NCBI GenBank assembly: GCA_021846045.1
Contig: JAJZCM010000003.1
Span: forward strand, 23,604-87,603
DNA from: a bacterium
GTDB lineage: Bacteria > Elusimicrobiota > Elusimicrobia > UBA1565 > UBA9628
DNA: 64,000 bases
Direction of reading: 5' to 3'
Below the pieces are notes generated by a model. The model made no database searches. It saw nothing but the letters and a program-made list of their open reading frames with translations, and had not been told where the DNA came from. Positions 47,707 through 58,019 of the stretch are shown here, piece after piece. Numbering within the stretch: the first letter of the stretch is position 1; the number at the start of each line of letters is the position of its first letter. Position numbers and translations under genes: made by a program.

Positions 47707-48042
47707 ATGTCAGAAATTCAATTAACGGACGCCGGTTTTGATAAGGACGTTCTTCAAAGCGCCGAGCCGGTTTTAGTCGATTTTTGGGCGCCGTGGTGCG
47801 GCCCGTGCAGAATGCTGGCTCCGGTCGTCGAGGAATTAGCCAAGGAGTACGCGGGGAAAATCAAGGTTGGCAAGCTCAATACCGATGAACAGCAAAATAC
47901 CGCCAGCCGCTATCAGATTTCCGCGATTCCGACCCTTTTGTTTTTCAAAGGCGGGAAAGTGGCCGAGCAGTTGGTGGGACTTCATTCGAAAGCCGAAATT
48001 AAGAAGATTCTCGATAACCTTATTTCCGTTCCGCAGCATTGA
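47707..48042 (+). CDS. trxA: Thioredoxin
   Basis: WAPWCGPCRMLAPVVEELAKEY active site. 111 aa. Confidence 0.9.
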   Translation: MSEIQLTDAGFDKDVLQSAEPVLVDFWAPWCGPCRMLAPVVEELAKEYAGKIKVGKLNTDEQQNTASRYQISAIPTLLFFKGGKVAEQLVGLHSKAEIKKILDNLISVPQH

Positions 48043-48056
48043 TTTAAACGCCTCAA

Positions 48057-48095
48057 CGTTCCCGCTCCGCCTGTTTTGAGGTGGAGCGGGCCGGT
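48057..48095 (+). terminator. Possible stem-loop downstream of trxA (CCCGCTCC...GGAGCGGG), weak U-tract
   Basis: ttcccgctccgcctgttttgaggtggagcgggcc forms an 8-10 bp GC-rich stem. No strong T-run follows, so the call is tentative. Confidence 0.3.
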
Positions 48096-48122
48096 TTGCC
48101 GTTCGACCCGCGTGTATCCTTT

Positions 48123-50693
48123 ATGAAACCCCGTATTTATCTCATTGATGCCCATGCTTACCTCCATCGGGCTTATCATGCTTTGCCGCCCTTAACCAAT
48201 GCGGCCAAGGAACCCGTGGGAGCGCTTTACGGCTTTGCCCGGATGCTGATTTTGACTCTTAAAAAGGAGAAGCCGGATTATATCGTCGTTTGTTTTGATT
48301 CTCCGGGGCCAACTTTCAGGCACGAAATTTATAAGGAATACAAAGCCACGCGAAAAAAAATAGATGAAGACCTTTTGGTTCAATTGCGCGCGGCGCCAAA
48401 ACTGGCGGAGGACATGGGATTTCGCTGGTTGGCCTCTCCCGGCTATGAAGCTGACGATTTGATGGCGACTATGGCCCAGGCCGCTGAGAAAGAAGGAATG
48501 GAAGCGGTCCTTGTGACGGGAGACAAGGACGCCCTTCAAATGGTGGGGGAGGGGATCAAGGTTTTGCGCGATGTCAATAAGGGAGAATGGCTGGATGCGG
48601 GCGGAGTGCAAAAAAAATTGGGAATTTCTCCGCTTTCGGTCGTGGATTACCTGGCTCTGATTGGGGATTCTTCCGACAATGTGCCTGGAGTTGAGGGAAT
48701 AGGCCCGGTAACGGCGGTAAAACTTATTCATCAATATGGGAATTTGGACGGAATTTTTCAAGCGGCGGTGTCCGGCGATCCGGGCCTCAACCAAAGAGCG
48801 CTCCATTCTCTTTTGAAGGGCAGGGAATCGGCGTTCGCGGCGTTGCGCCTTTTAGAGCTTAAAAAAGACGTGCCGCTGACTCTTAAACCTTCGGAATGCG
48901 CTCATTTATCTCCTGATCCGGAAAAATTGAAAAGCAGCTTTTTACATTTCGGCTTTAGTTCCCTGCTTCAAGAATTTTCCTTGTCTGAGCCCAATGGACA
49001 CGTTCCCGCGCCGCCCGAGGAAAAAACGGCGTTTGTCTTTCAGGAGAAGACTTTTGGAGATTTAACCCCCGCCTTTATGAAGGCTCAAGAAATCGCCGTC
49101 GCCGTTTCTTCCGAGCCCGATAAATCCGGACTTGCCTTGGCCTTGCCGGATCGACAAGTCGCTTTTTTGACGGGGGCCGAAATTAAAGCCCATCAAACGG
49201 ATTTATCCCATGTTTTTAAGTCTTCTTCGCTCAAAACCGCTTATGATCTTAAAGAGGTTTATGCCTTCGCCGAGGAAATGGGGCTTTCTCGTCCGGAACC
49301 CGCTTTTGATGTCCGGATGGCGGCTTATTGCCTTAATCCTGTGAGACCCCGAGAAGGCGCCTTGGATAAAAAAGCCGATTGGAAAGAGCGCCTTATCTGG
49401 AAATTGGGGGAGGCTTTGAACGCCTCGACTCTTAAGAATCGCCTCAAGGAAGAAGGTCTTCTAAATCTTTATGACGATATTGAGTTTCCCTTAATCCACG
49501 TATTGGCTTTAATGGAAGAAGAGGGAATCGGGGTTGATCAGCCGTATTTAGAAAAACTCTCCAAGGAATTTGAGGAAAAAATCGCGAATATTCAAGAAGA
49601 GATTAATCGCGAAGCCGGGTTTCCTCTGAATGTGAACTCTCCCAAGCAATTGGCCGAGCTTTTGTTCGACAAATTGGCTCTTCCCGTCGTTCATAAGACC
49701 GCCAAGGGCGGGCGCTCAACGGATGAGGATTGCCTTAAGATTTTAGCGCAAAAGCATTCCTTGCCGGAAAAAATTTTGGAGTTCCGCGAGGCCTTCAAGC
49801 TCAAGTCGACCTATGTCGACGGCCTTTTGGCCCGGATTGATTCAAAGACCGGAAAAATTCATACCCATTTCGATCAAGCGGGGGCGGAAACCGGAAGGCT
49901 CTCAAGTTATGATCCAAATCTCCAAAACATCCCTATTCGAACCGAAGCGGGGCAGAAAATTCGCCGCGCCTTTGTCGCCGGGAAAGGCCGCCAGCTTGTT
50001 TGCGCCGATTATTCTCAAATCGAATTGAGGATTTTGGCGCACGTATCGAATGACGAGGCCTTAAAAAAAGCTTTTGAAAAAAACGAGGACATTCACGCCT
50101 TGACGGCCGCGGCAATTTTTCACGTTTCGCCTGAAGAGGTGGATGCGGAGATGCGAAGGCGCGCGAAAGCGGTCAATTTTGGAATCGCTTATGGTCAGAC
50201 GGCTTTTGGCCTTTCTCAAGAACTTCAAATACCCCAATCGGAAGCCGCTTCCATCATCAAAAAATATTTTGGGCGCTATCAGGGCGTGTTCCGCTGGATT
50301 GAAGAAAATTTAGCCGAGGCGAGAAAAGAAAAGAAGACCAAGACATTCTTGGGGCGCGTGCGCTATTTGCCGGAGTTGGACGCAAAAAATACGGTCCTTC
50401 GCCAATACGCGGAAAGATCCGCGAGAAATACTCCGGTCCAGGGCGCGGCTTCCGACATCATCAAAATCGCGATGATTCAAATCGCTCGGGCTCTCTCTGA
50501 AAAAAACGAGTTTCATTCTAAGATGCTTTTACAAATCCACGACGAATTGGTGTTCGAGGTTCCGGACAAGGAAGTGGATGGGTTTTCCCTCTGGGTTAAG
50601 AAGATGATGGAAGGCGCGGTTTCTTTGGATGTTCCCTTGGTGGTTGCGGTCAAGGCCGGGCATAATTGGCGAGATTTGGAGGTTGTAAGATGA
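48123..50693 (+). CDS. polA: DNA polymerase I
   Basis: N-terminal 5'-3' exonuclease (IYLIDAHAYLHRAYHA, GYEADDLMATMA). C-terminal pol domain motifs A (LVCADYSQIELRILAH), B (RRRAKAVNFGIAYG) and C (QIHDELVFE). Start taken at MKPRIY (48123). Confidence 0.9.
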   Translation: MKPRIYLIDAHAYLHRAYHALPPLTNAAKEPVGALYGFARMLILTLKKEKPDYIVVCFDSPGPTFRHEIYKEYKATRKKIDEDLLVQLRAAPKLAEDMGFRWLASPGYEADDLMATMAQAAEKEGMEAVLVTGDKDALQMVGEGIKVLRDVNKGEWLDAGGVQKKLGISPLSVVDYLALIGDSSDNVPGVEGIGPVTAVKLIHQYGNLDGIFQAAVSGDPGLNQRALHSLLKGRESAFAALRLLELKKDVPLTLKPSECAHLSPDPEKLKSSFLHFGFSSLLQEFSLSEPNGHVPAPPEEKTAFVFQEKTFGDLTPAFMKAQEIAVAVSSEPDKSGLALALPDRQVAFLTGAEIKAHQTDLSHVFKSSSLKTAYDLKEVYAFAEEMGLSRPEPAFDVRMAAYCLNPVRPREGALDKKADWKERLIWKLGEALNASTLKNRLKEEGLLNLYDDIEFPLIHVLALMEEEGIGVDQPYLEKLSKEFEEKIANIQEEINREAGFPLNVNSPKQLAELLFDKLALPVVHKTAKGGRSTDEDCLKILAQKHSLPEKILEFREAFKLKSTYVDGLLARIDSKTGKIHTHFDQAGAETGRLSSYDPNLQNIPIRTEAGQKIRRAFVAGKGRQLVCADYSQIELRILAHVSNDEALKKAFEKNEDIHALTAAAIFHVSPEEVDAEMRRRAKAVNFGIAYGQTAFGLSQELQIPQSEAASIIKKYFGRYQGVFRWIEENLAEARKEKKTKTFLGRVRYLPELDAKNTVLRQYAERSARNTPVQGAASDIIKIAMIQIARALSEKNEFHSKMLLQIHDELVFEVPDKEVDGFSLWVKKMMEGAVSLDVPLVVAVKAGHNWRDLEVVR

Positions 50694-51529
50694 GCCCCGA
50701 AGTTTTTTCACATGAGCCGATGAGCTATAGGCGACTTCCTCCGGCGCTAAAATCCCTGATTATCGCCAATGTCGCCGTTTTTATCGTCGCGACCCTAGTC
50801 GGGAATTCTTTCTTTGAGCTGTTCGGCCTGGTGCCCCACCGCGTCTTGGCCGACCGTTGGGTTTGGCAGCCGCTTTCCTACTTGTTCGTGCACGGCAGCA
50901 TCATGCATCTGCTTCTTAATTTGTTCGCCCTTTGGATGTTCGGCGTTCCGGTGGAGACGCAATGGGGTTCAAAAGATTTCCTGAAATATTATTTTATCTG
51001 CGGCTTGGGCGCGGCGGCGGCCTCCGTTATTTTGTCTCCGCATTCGATGAACCCTGTGATTGGCGCTTCCGGCGCGATTTACGGGCTTTTGGTCGCTTTC
51101 GCGATGCTTTACCCCGATGCTGTCGTCTATCTCTATTTTTTAATTCCGGTCAAAGCCGCTCATGTGGCGATTCTCTTTGGGCTCGTTGAGTTTTTCGCCG
51201 GCGCCACCCATGCGACGCCTGGAATTGCGCGTTTCGCCCATTTGGGCGGAATGATCACGGGATATCTTTATTTAAGATGGTGGTGGGTTCTTAAAATCAA
51301 GGTTAAGTCTTTGTGGCGGGATTCTTTTTCTGGAAGCGCCATTCGCCCGGGAATTCGGCGTACGGCGACTTCTTCTCAACAGAAACCTGCCCCGAAAGAA
51401 GAAGCGGGTTCCTCGATGGGTGAAATCGATAAGATCTTAGACAAGATTCTGGTCAGCGGCATCGATTCCTTGACGGAAGAGGAAAAAGCGATTATGCGCC
51501 GCTACTCCAATAAAGGAGGCAACGCCTAA
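50690..51529 (+). CDS. Rhomboid-family intramembrane serine protease
   Basis: GASGAIYGLL catalytic Ser motif and a downstream AHLGGMITGYLY His motif. 6-7 TM helices. ATGA overlap with the polA stop. Confidence 0.8.
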   Translation: MSPEVFSHEPMSYRRLPPALKSLIIANVAVFIVATLVGNSFFELFGLVPHRVLADRWVWQPLSYLFVHGSIMHLLLNLFALWMFGVPVETQWGSKDFLKYYFICGLGAAAASVILSPHSMNPVIGASGAIYGLLVAFAMLYPDAVVYLYFLIPVKAAHVAILFGLVEFFAGATHATPGIARFAHLGGMITGYLYLRWWWVLKIKVKSLWRDSFSGSAIRPGIRRTATSSQQKPAPKEEAGSSMGEIDKILDKILVSGIDSLTEEEKAIMRRYSNKGGNA

Positions 51530-52239
51530 TGAGGCGCCGGTTTTCCATAGGCTTGACCGGGGGCATCGGTTCGGGAAAAACAGAGGCTCTCCGCCGTTTT
51601 TCCGCCTTGGGAGCCGCAACTATTTCCTTGGATGAAATCGCGCATGAGCAGTCTCGCCCCGGAGGACCGGCTTTCTTGAAAATGATCAGGGCTTTTGGAC
51701 GCCAAATTTTAGATGAGTCAGGCTGCATTGACCGGAAAAAAGTAGCCGACCGGGTCTTCTTAAATTCTAATTTACGAAAACGCTTGGAACGTTTGACTCA
51801 CCCTTTAATCCTTAAAGAGATGCAAAGCCAAATGAAACTTTTGTTCGGGATTGTGGTGGTCGATGTCCCGCTTCTTTTTGAAGGACGCCATGAAAAAAAT
51901 TTTGACGCGACCTTGGCCGTTCTCGCGCCGGCCAACGTTAGGCTTCATCGCGTTTCTAAAAGAGACCGGCTTTCGCCTTCGGAAATAAGAAAAAGAATGT
52001 TTGCCCAGATTTCAGATGAAGAGCGCATGAAACGCGCAGATGTCGTCATCGATAATGACGGAGACTTGGCCGCCTTTCACCAAGATGTTAAACGATATTA
52101 TCAGGCTTTTTGTTTAATCGTAACTACTCAGGTCACCCCGGCGCAAGCCGGGGTCCAGAACAGCGATTTCCTGGATTCCGGCTTGCGCCGGAATGACGAA
52201 CCTGAGCAGTTGCATTTAATCAATCAAGAACAAAGATAG
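51529..52239 (+). CDS. coaE: Dephospho-CoA kinase with C-terminal extension encoded by a family-1 hairpin repeat
   Basis: [15 protein letters not shown]-loop. The final about 35 codons (...[38 protein letters not shown]) are the repeat copy at 52118-52213. Confidence 0.85.
   Translation: MRRRFSIGLTGGIGSGKTEALRRFSALGAATISLDEIAHEQSRPGGPAFLKMIRAFGRQILDESGCIDRKKVADRVFLNSNLRKRLERLTHPLILKEMQSQMKLLFGIVVVDVPLLFEGRHEKNFDATLAVLAPANVRLHRVSKRDRLSPSEIRKRMFAQISDEERMKRADVVIDNDGDLAAFHQDVKRYYQAFCLIVTTQVTPAQAGVQNSDFLDSGLRRNDEPEQLHLINQEQR
52118..52213 (+). repeat. Double-hairpin dispersed repeat, family 1, copy 2 (3' end of coaE)
   Basis: tcgtaactactcaggtcaccccggcgcaagccggggtccagaacagcgatttcctggattccggcttgcgccggaatgacgaacctgagcagttgca. 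Confidence 0.8.
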
Positions 52240-52324
52240 TCCCTTTCCTCATAATCTTAAGGTCGGGACAATGCCATCCCTAAGAATTATGAGGAAGAGG
52301 CATAGAAAAATTAGGAGAATAAGT

Positions 52325-53665
52325 ATGGAAACAACCACTCAAACCTCGGCGGCTCAAAATTCGCCTCAAACCACGGGACCCCAGCCCGCGACTGCGCAAT
52401 TGGACGCGACTCAGCTCTCTAAGATGACGGTCGCCGAACTTTCTCAAATCGTCAAGGACCTGAAAATAGAGGGCGTTTCCGGCCTTCGAAAACAGGAGAT
52501 GATCGCAAAAATTCTCGAAGGGCAGTTGAAGGCCAACGGCATGATTTATGACGAAGGCGTTCTCGAGATTTTGCCGGACGGCTTTGGGTTCTTGCGTTCC
52601 CAGGATTATAATTATTTGCCGGGGCCGGATGATATTTATATTTCGCCGTCCCAGATCAAACGCTTTGGCCTTAGAAAAGGGGACACCGTCGGCGGGCACG
52701 TCAGGCCTCCGAAAGATGGAGAGAGATTTTTCGCTCTTTTGCAGGTTAAAAAGATTAACGGAATCGAAGCGGAAACAATGAAAGACCGGACGTTTTTCGA
52801 CAACTTGACCCCGCTTCATCCGAACAAGCGTTTCACTCTTGAAACAGAGCGCGTGGAATTGACGACCCGTCTGATGGATTTAATCGCGCCTATAGGTAAG
52901 GGGCAAAGAGGCCTTATCGTCGCCTCTCCCAAAACCGGCAAGACCGTGATTCTTCAAAAAATCGCCAACGCCATCGCGGCCAATCATAAAGGGGTCGTCA
53001 TCATGGTTTTATTGATCGACGAACGTCCGGAAGAAGTAACCGAGATGCAAAGAGGCGTCAAGGGGGAAGTGATCGCGTCGACTTTTGACGAGCCGGCGGA
53101 CCGGCACGTTCAAGTCGCCGAAATGGTGCTTGAGAAAGCCAAAAGGCAAGTGGAACTTGGAAAAGACGTCGTGATTCTGCTTGATTCCATTACGCGATTG
53201 GCGCGGGCCTACAACACGATTACCCCGTCTTCGGGGCGGGTTCTCTCCGGCGGAATTGAAGCGACTTCTCTTCAAAGGCCCAAACGCTTCTTGGGCGCGG
53301 CCAGAAACATCGAAGAGGGAGGATCGCTCACCATCATCGCGACCGCCTTGGTCGATACGGGAAGCCGCATGGATGAAGTCATCTTTGAGGAGTTTAAAGG
53401 GACCGGCAACAGCGAAGTGTATCTGGATCGGAAACTGGCTGACAGGCGCATGTTCCCGGCTTTTGAGATTAACCGATCCGGAACGCGCAAGGAAGAGCTT
53501 CTTCTATCGGAAGACGAGATCAACAAGATGTGGATTCTACGCAAGGTCTTGGCTCCGCTTTCATCCGTTGAGGCGATGGAACTGCTGAGAGACAAAATTC
53601 TTCAGACAAAATCGAACGCCGATTTCCTCAAGTCCATGGAGTTATCCAATCTCAGCGAGGAATAA
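52325..53665 (+). CDS. rho: Transcription termination factor Rho
   Basis: N-terminal RNA-binding domain, P-loop ASPKTGKT, and Q/R loops. Start chosen at METTT (RBS AGGAGA 8 nt upstream). The ORF track has a 5'-extended version from 52271. Confidence 0.9.
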   Translation: METTTQTSAAQNSPQTTGPQPATAQLDATQLSKMTVAELSQIVKDLKIEGVSGLRKQEMIAKILEGQLKANGMIYDEGVLEILPDGFGFLRSQDYNYLPGPDDIYISPSQIKRFGLRKGDTVGGHVRPPKDGERFFALLQVKKINGIEAETMKDRTFFDNLTPLHPNKRFTLETERVELTTRLMDLIAPIGKGQRGLIVASPKTGKTVILQKIANAIAANHKGVVIMVLLIDERPEEVTEMQRGVKGEVIASTFDEPADRHVQVAEMVLEKAKRQVELGKDVVILLDSITRLARAYNTITPSSGRVLSGGIEATSLQRPKRFLGAARNIEEGGSLTIIATALVDTGSRMDEVIFEEFKGTGNSEVYLDRKLADRRMFPAFEINRSGTRKEELLLSEDEINKMWILRKVLAPLSSVEAMELLRDKILQTKSNADFLKSMELSNLSEE

Positions 53666-53747
53666 GGGCGTGGAAAGAAATCCTCCAAGCCCTAGCGTAG
53701 TGAGTCCAACGCTTCTTTACATTTGGAAAGGCCGTAATTCCGGCGCT

Positions 53748-53826
53748 CTCCTCACCGTCATTCCGGCGCAAGCCGGAATCCAATTGGAAACCTGGACCCC
53801 GACTTTCGTCGGGGTGACGAATGTAA
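53748..53826 (-). repeat. Double-hairpin dispersed repeat, family 1, copy 3 (inverted, intergenic downstream of rho)
   Basis: Reverse complement reads gtcaccccgacgaaagtcggggtccag...attccggcttgcgccggaatgacg. The centre between the two hairpins differs from copies 1 and 2. Confidence 0.75.
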
Positions 53827-53950
53827 AGGAATTTTTAGGACACTGCACTAAATTGGCGTTTCGCAAAATTGTTTTTCTCCTTCTAGGCCTTGGCTTGGGG
53901 CTTTTGCCGCAGGGCCGGCCCATTAATCCCATGAAAGAAATCGGCAGGGG

Positions 53951-54616
53951 GTGATGAATACTTTTCGGACGTTTTTCATTTTTCTCGGGGTCGCCTTTTG
54001 CATGGGATATTTCGTGAGGGAAGTCCGGGCCGCGCCCGCTCCGCTTTTATGGCAGGAGCATTACTATTTTGACGCGCTTCTTGAGGCGCGCGATCGCCAG
54101 AGCCGCTCGGAAAGCGATCCCAATTTGGTTCCGGTTTTGCGCTCAATAGCGGGAGAGGCCTTGCAGCAAGCCGCCAACGTCGGGCAAATTGATTCCTACG
54201 TCAAAACGCAATTTGGGAGCCTTCACTATGCCTTTCATCAGGAAGATTCGGACGCAAGTCTTAAGATCATAGGCCTTAACCTCAGCACTCTTGGGCAGGG
54301 AATGGTCCAGGTCAAAAATAATTTGGCTTATCTGACGGTGCGTTCCAATATCGCTTTTTCTCAGGCTTTGCCGGATCCGAAAATTTATCAAAACGCCTTG
54401 TTGATTCTCGCGGAAGTCAAGCGCCTTCAATTGGAAGTAAACTCTTTGTATTTAGACGCTTCTTCCAATGACAAGGTGATTAAATCCCATGCGGATGAGG
54501 AGTCCCCTTTGTTTATCTACCAGTCTCATTTCTTCATTCGAAGCCTCTACAGCTTGCAGGGAGAAGTCTTTGCTCTGTATAATTCTGCTTATGACATTGC
54601 TTTGCGGGCTCGTTAG
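53951..54616 (+). CDS. Secreted hypothetical protein
   Basis: 221 aa. Signal peptide MMNTFRTFFIFLGVAFCMGYFVREVRA. No recognised domain. Confidence 0.45.
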   Translation: MMNTFRTFFIFLGVAFCMGYFVREVRAAPAPLLWQEHYYFDALLEARDRQSRSESDPNLVPVLRSIAGEALQQAANVGQIDSYVKTQFGSLHYAFHQEDSDASLKIIGLNLSTLGQGMVQVKNNLAYLTVRSNIAFSQALPDPKIYQNALLILAEVKRLQLEVNSLYLDASSNDKVIKSHADEESPLFIYQSHFFIRSLYSLQGEVFALYNSAYDIALRAR

Positions 54617-55313
54617 GGTTTTAAGCGCCGTTGCGTTGGCGGCCGCGGGGCCGAAGGCGCAGCTGGTTCATTTCAAGACTCCTGACGGATGGACTATCGC
54701 CGGAATGTATTATGTTCCTCCCAAAGCGAGGGGGGCGGTCGTCTTGGTCCACGGAGTTGGCGCGGGGTTTGGCGAGTGGGACCCTTTAGAACCGAAACTT
54801 TGGAAAATGGGACTGGGCAGCTTGGCCATTGATCTAAGGGGGCATGGGAAAAGCGCGAGGGCGGGAAAGAAAACTTGGAAGGATTTTTCCGATTCCGATT
54901 GGGTTTCCGCCCAAAGAGACGTTGAGGCCGCGGTTCGTTTCTTAAACCGTCACGGAGTTAAAGGAAAGCGGATCGGTTTAATCGGCGGTTCCATTGGGGC
55001 TAATCTCGCCTCCCGCGCCGCTGAAAAACTGCATCTTCCATGGGAAGCCCTTCTTTCTCCCGGAGAAGATTACCGCGGAGTGCGGCTTCGGGTCTCGCGA
55101 AACGTCCGCATTTGCGTCGCGGCTTCTCCCCAGGATTCCTATGCGTTTCAAACCGCGTTGTCCTTGGTGACGGCGCCGAACGTGGTTTTTTTGCAATCTT
55201 CTTCCGGACATGGAGCCCAGATGCTGGCTCACCCAAGGTTTGTTGAACGACTATTGTCCTGGATATCCCGTAATTCAACTGCTGTTAAAAAACCTTATGT
55301 CGGTGGATATTAG
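54591..55313 (+). CDS. Secreted alpha/beta hydrolase (serine hydrolase; GGSIG nucleophile elbow)
   Basis: Signal peptide MTLLCGLVRVLSAVALAAAG, then VVLVHGVGAGFGEW and GLIGGSIGANLA. Start taken at ATG 54591 after the upstream stop. Confidence 0.65.
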   Translation: MTLLCGLVRVLSAVALAAAGPKAQLVHFKTPDGWTIAGMYYVPPKARGAVVLVHGVGAGFGEWDPLEPKLWKMGLGSLAIDLRGHGKSARAGKKTWKDFSDSDWVSAQRDVEAAVRFLNRHGVKGKRIGLIGGSIGANLASRAAEKLHLPWEALLSPGEDYRGVRLRVSRNVRICVAASPQDSYAFQTALSLVTAPNVVFLQSSSGHGAQMLAHPRFVERLLSWISRNSTAVKKPYVGGY

Positions 55314-55318
55314 CCTCA

Positions 55319-56629
55319 ATGAGACTCACCATTCACCGCGGCGCTAAAGAAATTGGCGGGTCCTGCGTTGAGATCACGGCGGGCCGGACGCGGGTCATCG
55401 TGGACCTCGGGATGCCTTTGGTCTCGCCTTGGAACAAGAAGGAAAAACTCGAAACGCGCGGTTTTGCGAAAAAATCATCACAGGAACTGCTCGATATGGC
55501 CGTACTCCCGAAGGTCGCCGGACTTTATGCGATGGATGGGGGCGGGGCTGCGGTCGACGCCGTGCTTCTCTCTCATCCCCACCAGGATCATTACGGGCTT
55601 CTTGGACATATCCGGCCCGGAATTCCGGTGTATCTCAGTGACGGTTGTCGCCGCATCATCGAGGCCTCGGATATTTTTCTTCCCATCAAGGCGAATATCC
55701 GCAACCCCGTCGTGATTGATGACCGCAAGCCGGTGAAGATCGGCGACATCACGGTCACGCCCTACCTCATGGACCATTCCGGCTACGGCGCGCTGGCTTT
55801 CCTCATAGAAGGAGACGGCAAGAAGGTCTTTTATTCCGGCGATTTTCGCGCTCATGGACGTAAGGCAGCGCTCTTTCCGAAGTTTGTGCGCACAGCTCCG
55901 CAGGGCGTGGACTGCCTTCTCATGGAGGGAACGACCCTCGGGCGCGAGGGCCGCGCGCCGGAAACGGAGACCGATATCGAGGAAAAAATCGCCGGAATCG
56001 CCCGCCGATATAAAGGGATCAAGCTCGTCTACGCCTCGGGACAAAATATCGACCGCCTCGTTTCCTTCTACAAAGCAGCCAAGAGTATCGGTGGGGTCTT
56101 CGTCGTGGACCTCTACACAGCCTTCGTTCTCGACTCCTTGGGGAACAAGAATATCCCTCATCCCTGCGCGAGTTGCAGAAACTTGAGGGTACTCTATACC
56201 AAGAATTATGTGATAAAACTGGCGCAGGCGGGGCGCGAGGACGCCGTCAAGCGCTATCGCGGCTCGGAGATCACGCTGCGGGAGATCGCGAAGGCGGGGG
56301 AAAAGGCTTTCCTGATGTATCGGGAGTCCATCCGGCCCAAGATCGAAAAAATCGGGGACTTAAAGGACGCGGCCATGATCTATTCGATGTACGAAGGCTA
56401 TAAGCGGGAGGAGTCGTTCAAGAAGGTTCAGTCGTTTCTGGATGAGAACAAAATCATGCTTGAAACCGCGCACACGAGCGGCCACGCCTCTTTCGACGAC
56501 CTCAAACGCTTGGCCGCGGCGCTCAAGCCCAATGTCCTGACCCCGATTCATACCTTCAACCCCGAGCGCTATGCCGAGCTCTGGCCCAAGGTTCGTTCAC
56601 TCAACGACGGCGAGACCTTTGAGCCGTGA
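55319..56629 (+). CDS. MBL-fold metallo-hydrolase, beta-CASP-like nuclease/RNase family
   Basis: HPHQDHYG (HxHxDH) motif 2, later DHSGY and EGTTLGRE blocks, and C-terminal HTSGHAS. 436 aa. Confidence 0.65.
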   Translation: MRLTIHRGAKEIGGSCVEITAGRTRVIVDLGMPLVSPWNKKEKLETRGFAKKSSQELLDMAVLPKVAGLYAMDGGGAAVDAVLLSHPHQDHYGLLGHIRPGIPVYLSDGCRRIIEASDIFLPIKANIRNPVVIDDRKPVKIGDITVTPYLMDHSGYGALAFLIEGDGKKVFYSGDFRAHGRKAALFPKFVRTAPQGVDCLLMEGTTLGREGRAPETETDIEEKIAGIARRYKGIKLVYASGQNIDRLVSFYKAAKSIGGVFVVDLYTAFVLDSLGNKNIPHPCASCRNLRVLYTKNYVIKLAQAGREDAVKRYRGSEITLREIAKAGEKAFLMYRESIRPKIEKIGDLKDAAMIYSMYEGYKREESFKKVQSFLDENKIMLETAHTSGHASFDDLKRLAAALKPNVLTPIHTFNPERYAELWPKVRSLNDGETFEP

Positions 56630-56665
56630 GTTGGTGACGGGAGGTCAAGAAAAGATACGCCAGCC

Positions 56666-57067
56666 CTATACCTCACCCTTATTGATTCGCTCAGATGTCT
56701 TATATGCGTCAACCATCCCAAAAATCCAGAAGGAAATTATAGGTAAGACTCCGAAAATAAAGGGTATGAGAAGCACCGCAGTCAACGATCCCATGAATAT
56801 GCTTCCAATTCCCATAAACCCTGCCCATATCAAGAGGATCACGAAGACGAAGAAATATAAAAATCCTTTTATGAATTGCCCATTATAGATTTGGCCTAGA
56901 CCCACACAACAGAGCGAAAGAATGGCGGCAAGGCCGGAACTTTTCTTCGGGATATATTGTGGCTGGGGGCGCACCCCTTTCTCAAGGAACTCACCGCAGT
57001 GCTTGCATTTCTTTGCGTCCTTCAGTATCTCTTCGCTACAAAATGGGCACTTGGTTGTTTCTTCCAT
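56666..57067 (-). CDS. Zinc-ribbon (CPFC...CKHC) membrane protein, hypothetical
   Basis: N-terminal MEETTKCPFCSEEILKDAKKCKHCGEF followed by 3-4 TM helices. Embedded in an AT-rich segment. Confidence 0.45.
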   Translation of the reverse strand: MEETTKCPFCSEEILKDAKKCKHCGEFLEKGVRPQPQYIPKKSSGLAAILSLCCVGLGQIYNGQFIKGFLYFFVFVILLIWAGFMGIGSIFMGSLTAVLLIPFIFGVLPIISFWIFGMVDAYKTSERINKGEV

Positions 57068-57141
57068 TATTAGGATTGTAAAATAAAAAACTGGACTTAT
57101 CAAATGCAGTTTGACATTCGCGTATTGACTGTTCGTTAATT

Positions 57142-57870
57142 ATGTATATTGTGGACGTAACCATGCCAGTACAAGAGTCATCCAAAGATTGGGCGCGGCT
57201 CCGCAAATGTCCCTCAGAGGCCAGTATCCGTGAAATTTGCCGCCGGGTTGACGATGATTCCTGGGAAAATGCGAGTCCGAAACTTGAAAATAAAAAAGCG
57301 TTCGTTTCGGGAAGGTCTCCTAAAGATTCCAATGGGAGCGGGCCAGAGGCTCGTTTGGAGCGGCGATTGATCGAAGAGGTTCGTACGGTTGCGCTACCAA
57401 GGCAACGCAAAGGGATATCGACCATAACATTCGTGGCGTCGGCGTTCCCCGTTGGTGCAGGCAAGCGCGGACAGATAGATCTTCTAGGGGTTTCTGATAC
57501 AGGTGGCGTAATTGTTGTCGAACTTAAGGCCGTCTCAAATAATCCTTGGTGGGCAGTAGTTGAGGTGACTGAGTATCTTCTTCGTTTGCGCGCCAATTAT
57601 CCTCGCGTTAAGGCCTGGCTGGAGAATAAATGCAATGTGGCCGTCGGCACCCTGAAGTCTAGCCGAGGTTTGGCGGTATTGCCGCAAGGTTTATTTCGCG
57701 AGAAAGAGAAAGAATCTAATTTTGCAAAGGACTTGGTGAAGGCGCTTCGTAAGAAGGAGCTTAATATCGAGCTATATGAAATGGGCTATGAGGGGAGTGG
57801 GCGCTTGCCGCAATTTCACAAGCTAACGAAATGGATGTGTGTATTTGGTCGCAAAAACCCAAAACGTTAG
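57142..57870 (+). CDS. PD-(D/E)xK-fold nuclease-like protein (Hjc/NucS-like motif GQIDLLGVSDTGGVIVVELK)
   Basis: Motif IDLL...D..G...VVELK matches restriction-endonuclease-fold catalytic core spacing. No other recognised domains. Confidence 0.45.
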   Translation: MYIVDVTMPVQESSKDWARLRKCPSEASIREICRRVDDDSWENASPKLENKKAFVSGRSPKDSNGSGPEARLERRLIEEVRTVALPRQRKGISTITFVASAFPVGAGKRGQIDLLGVSDTGGVIVVELKAVSNNPWWAVVEVTEYLLRLRANYPRVKAWLENKCNVAVGTLKSSRGLAVLPQGLFREKEKESNFAKDLVKALRKKELNIELYEMGYEGSGRLPQFHKLTKWMCVFGRKNPKR

Positions 57871-58019
57871 TGGTAGCAATTTGCTGATCGATCCGAAGAA
57901 TGTCCATTTGTGCGCCCTTGCCACCTCCAATTATTACAAGGACTGGTATTTGTCACCAGTGACGGACACAATAAATAAGGACACTGTTCGATAAATTTCT
58001 GCGTATCCATCACGGGAAT

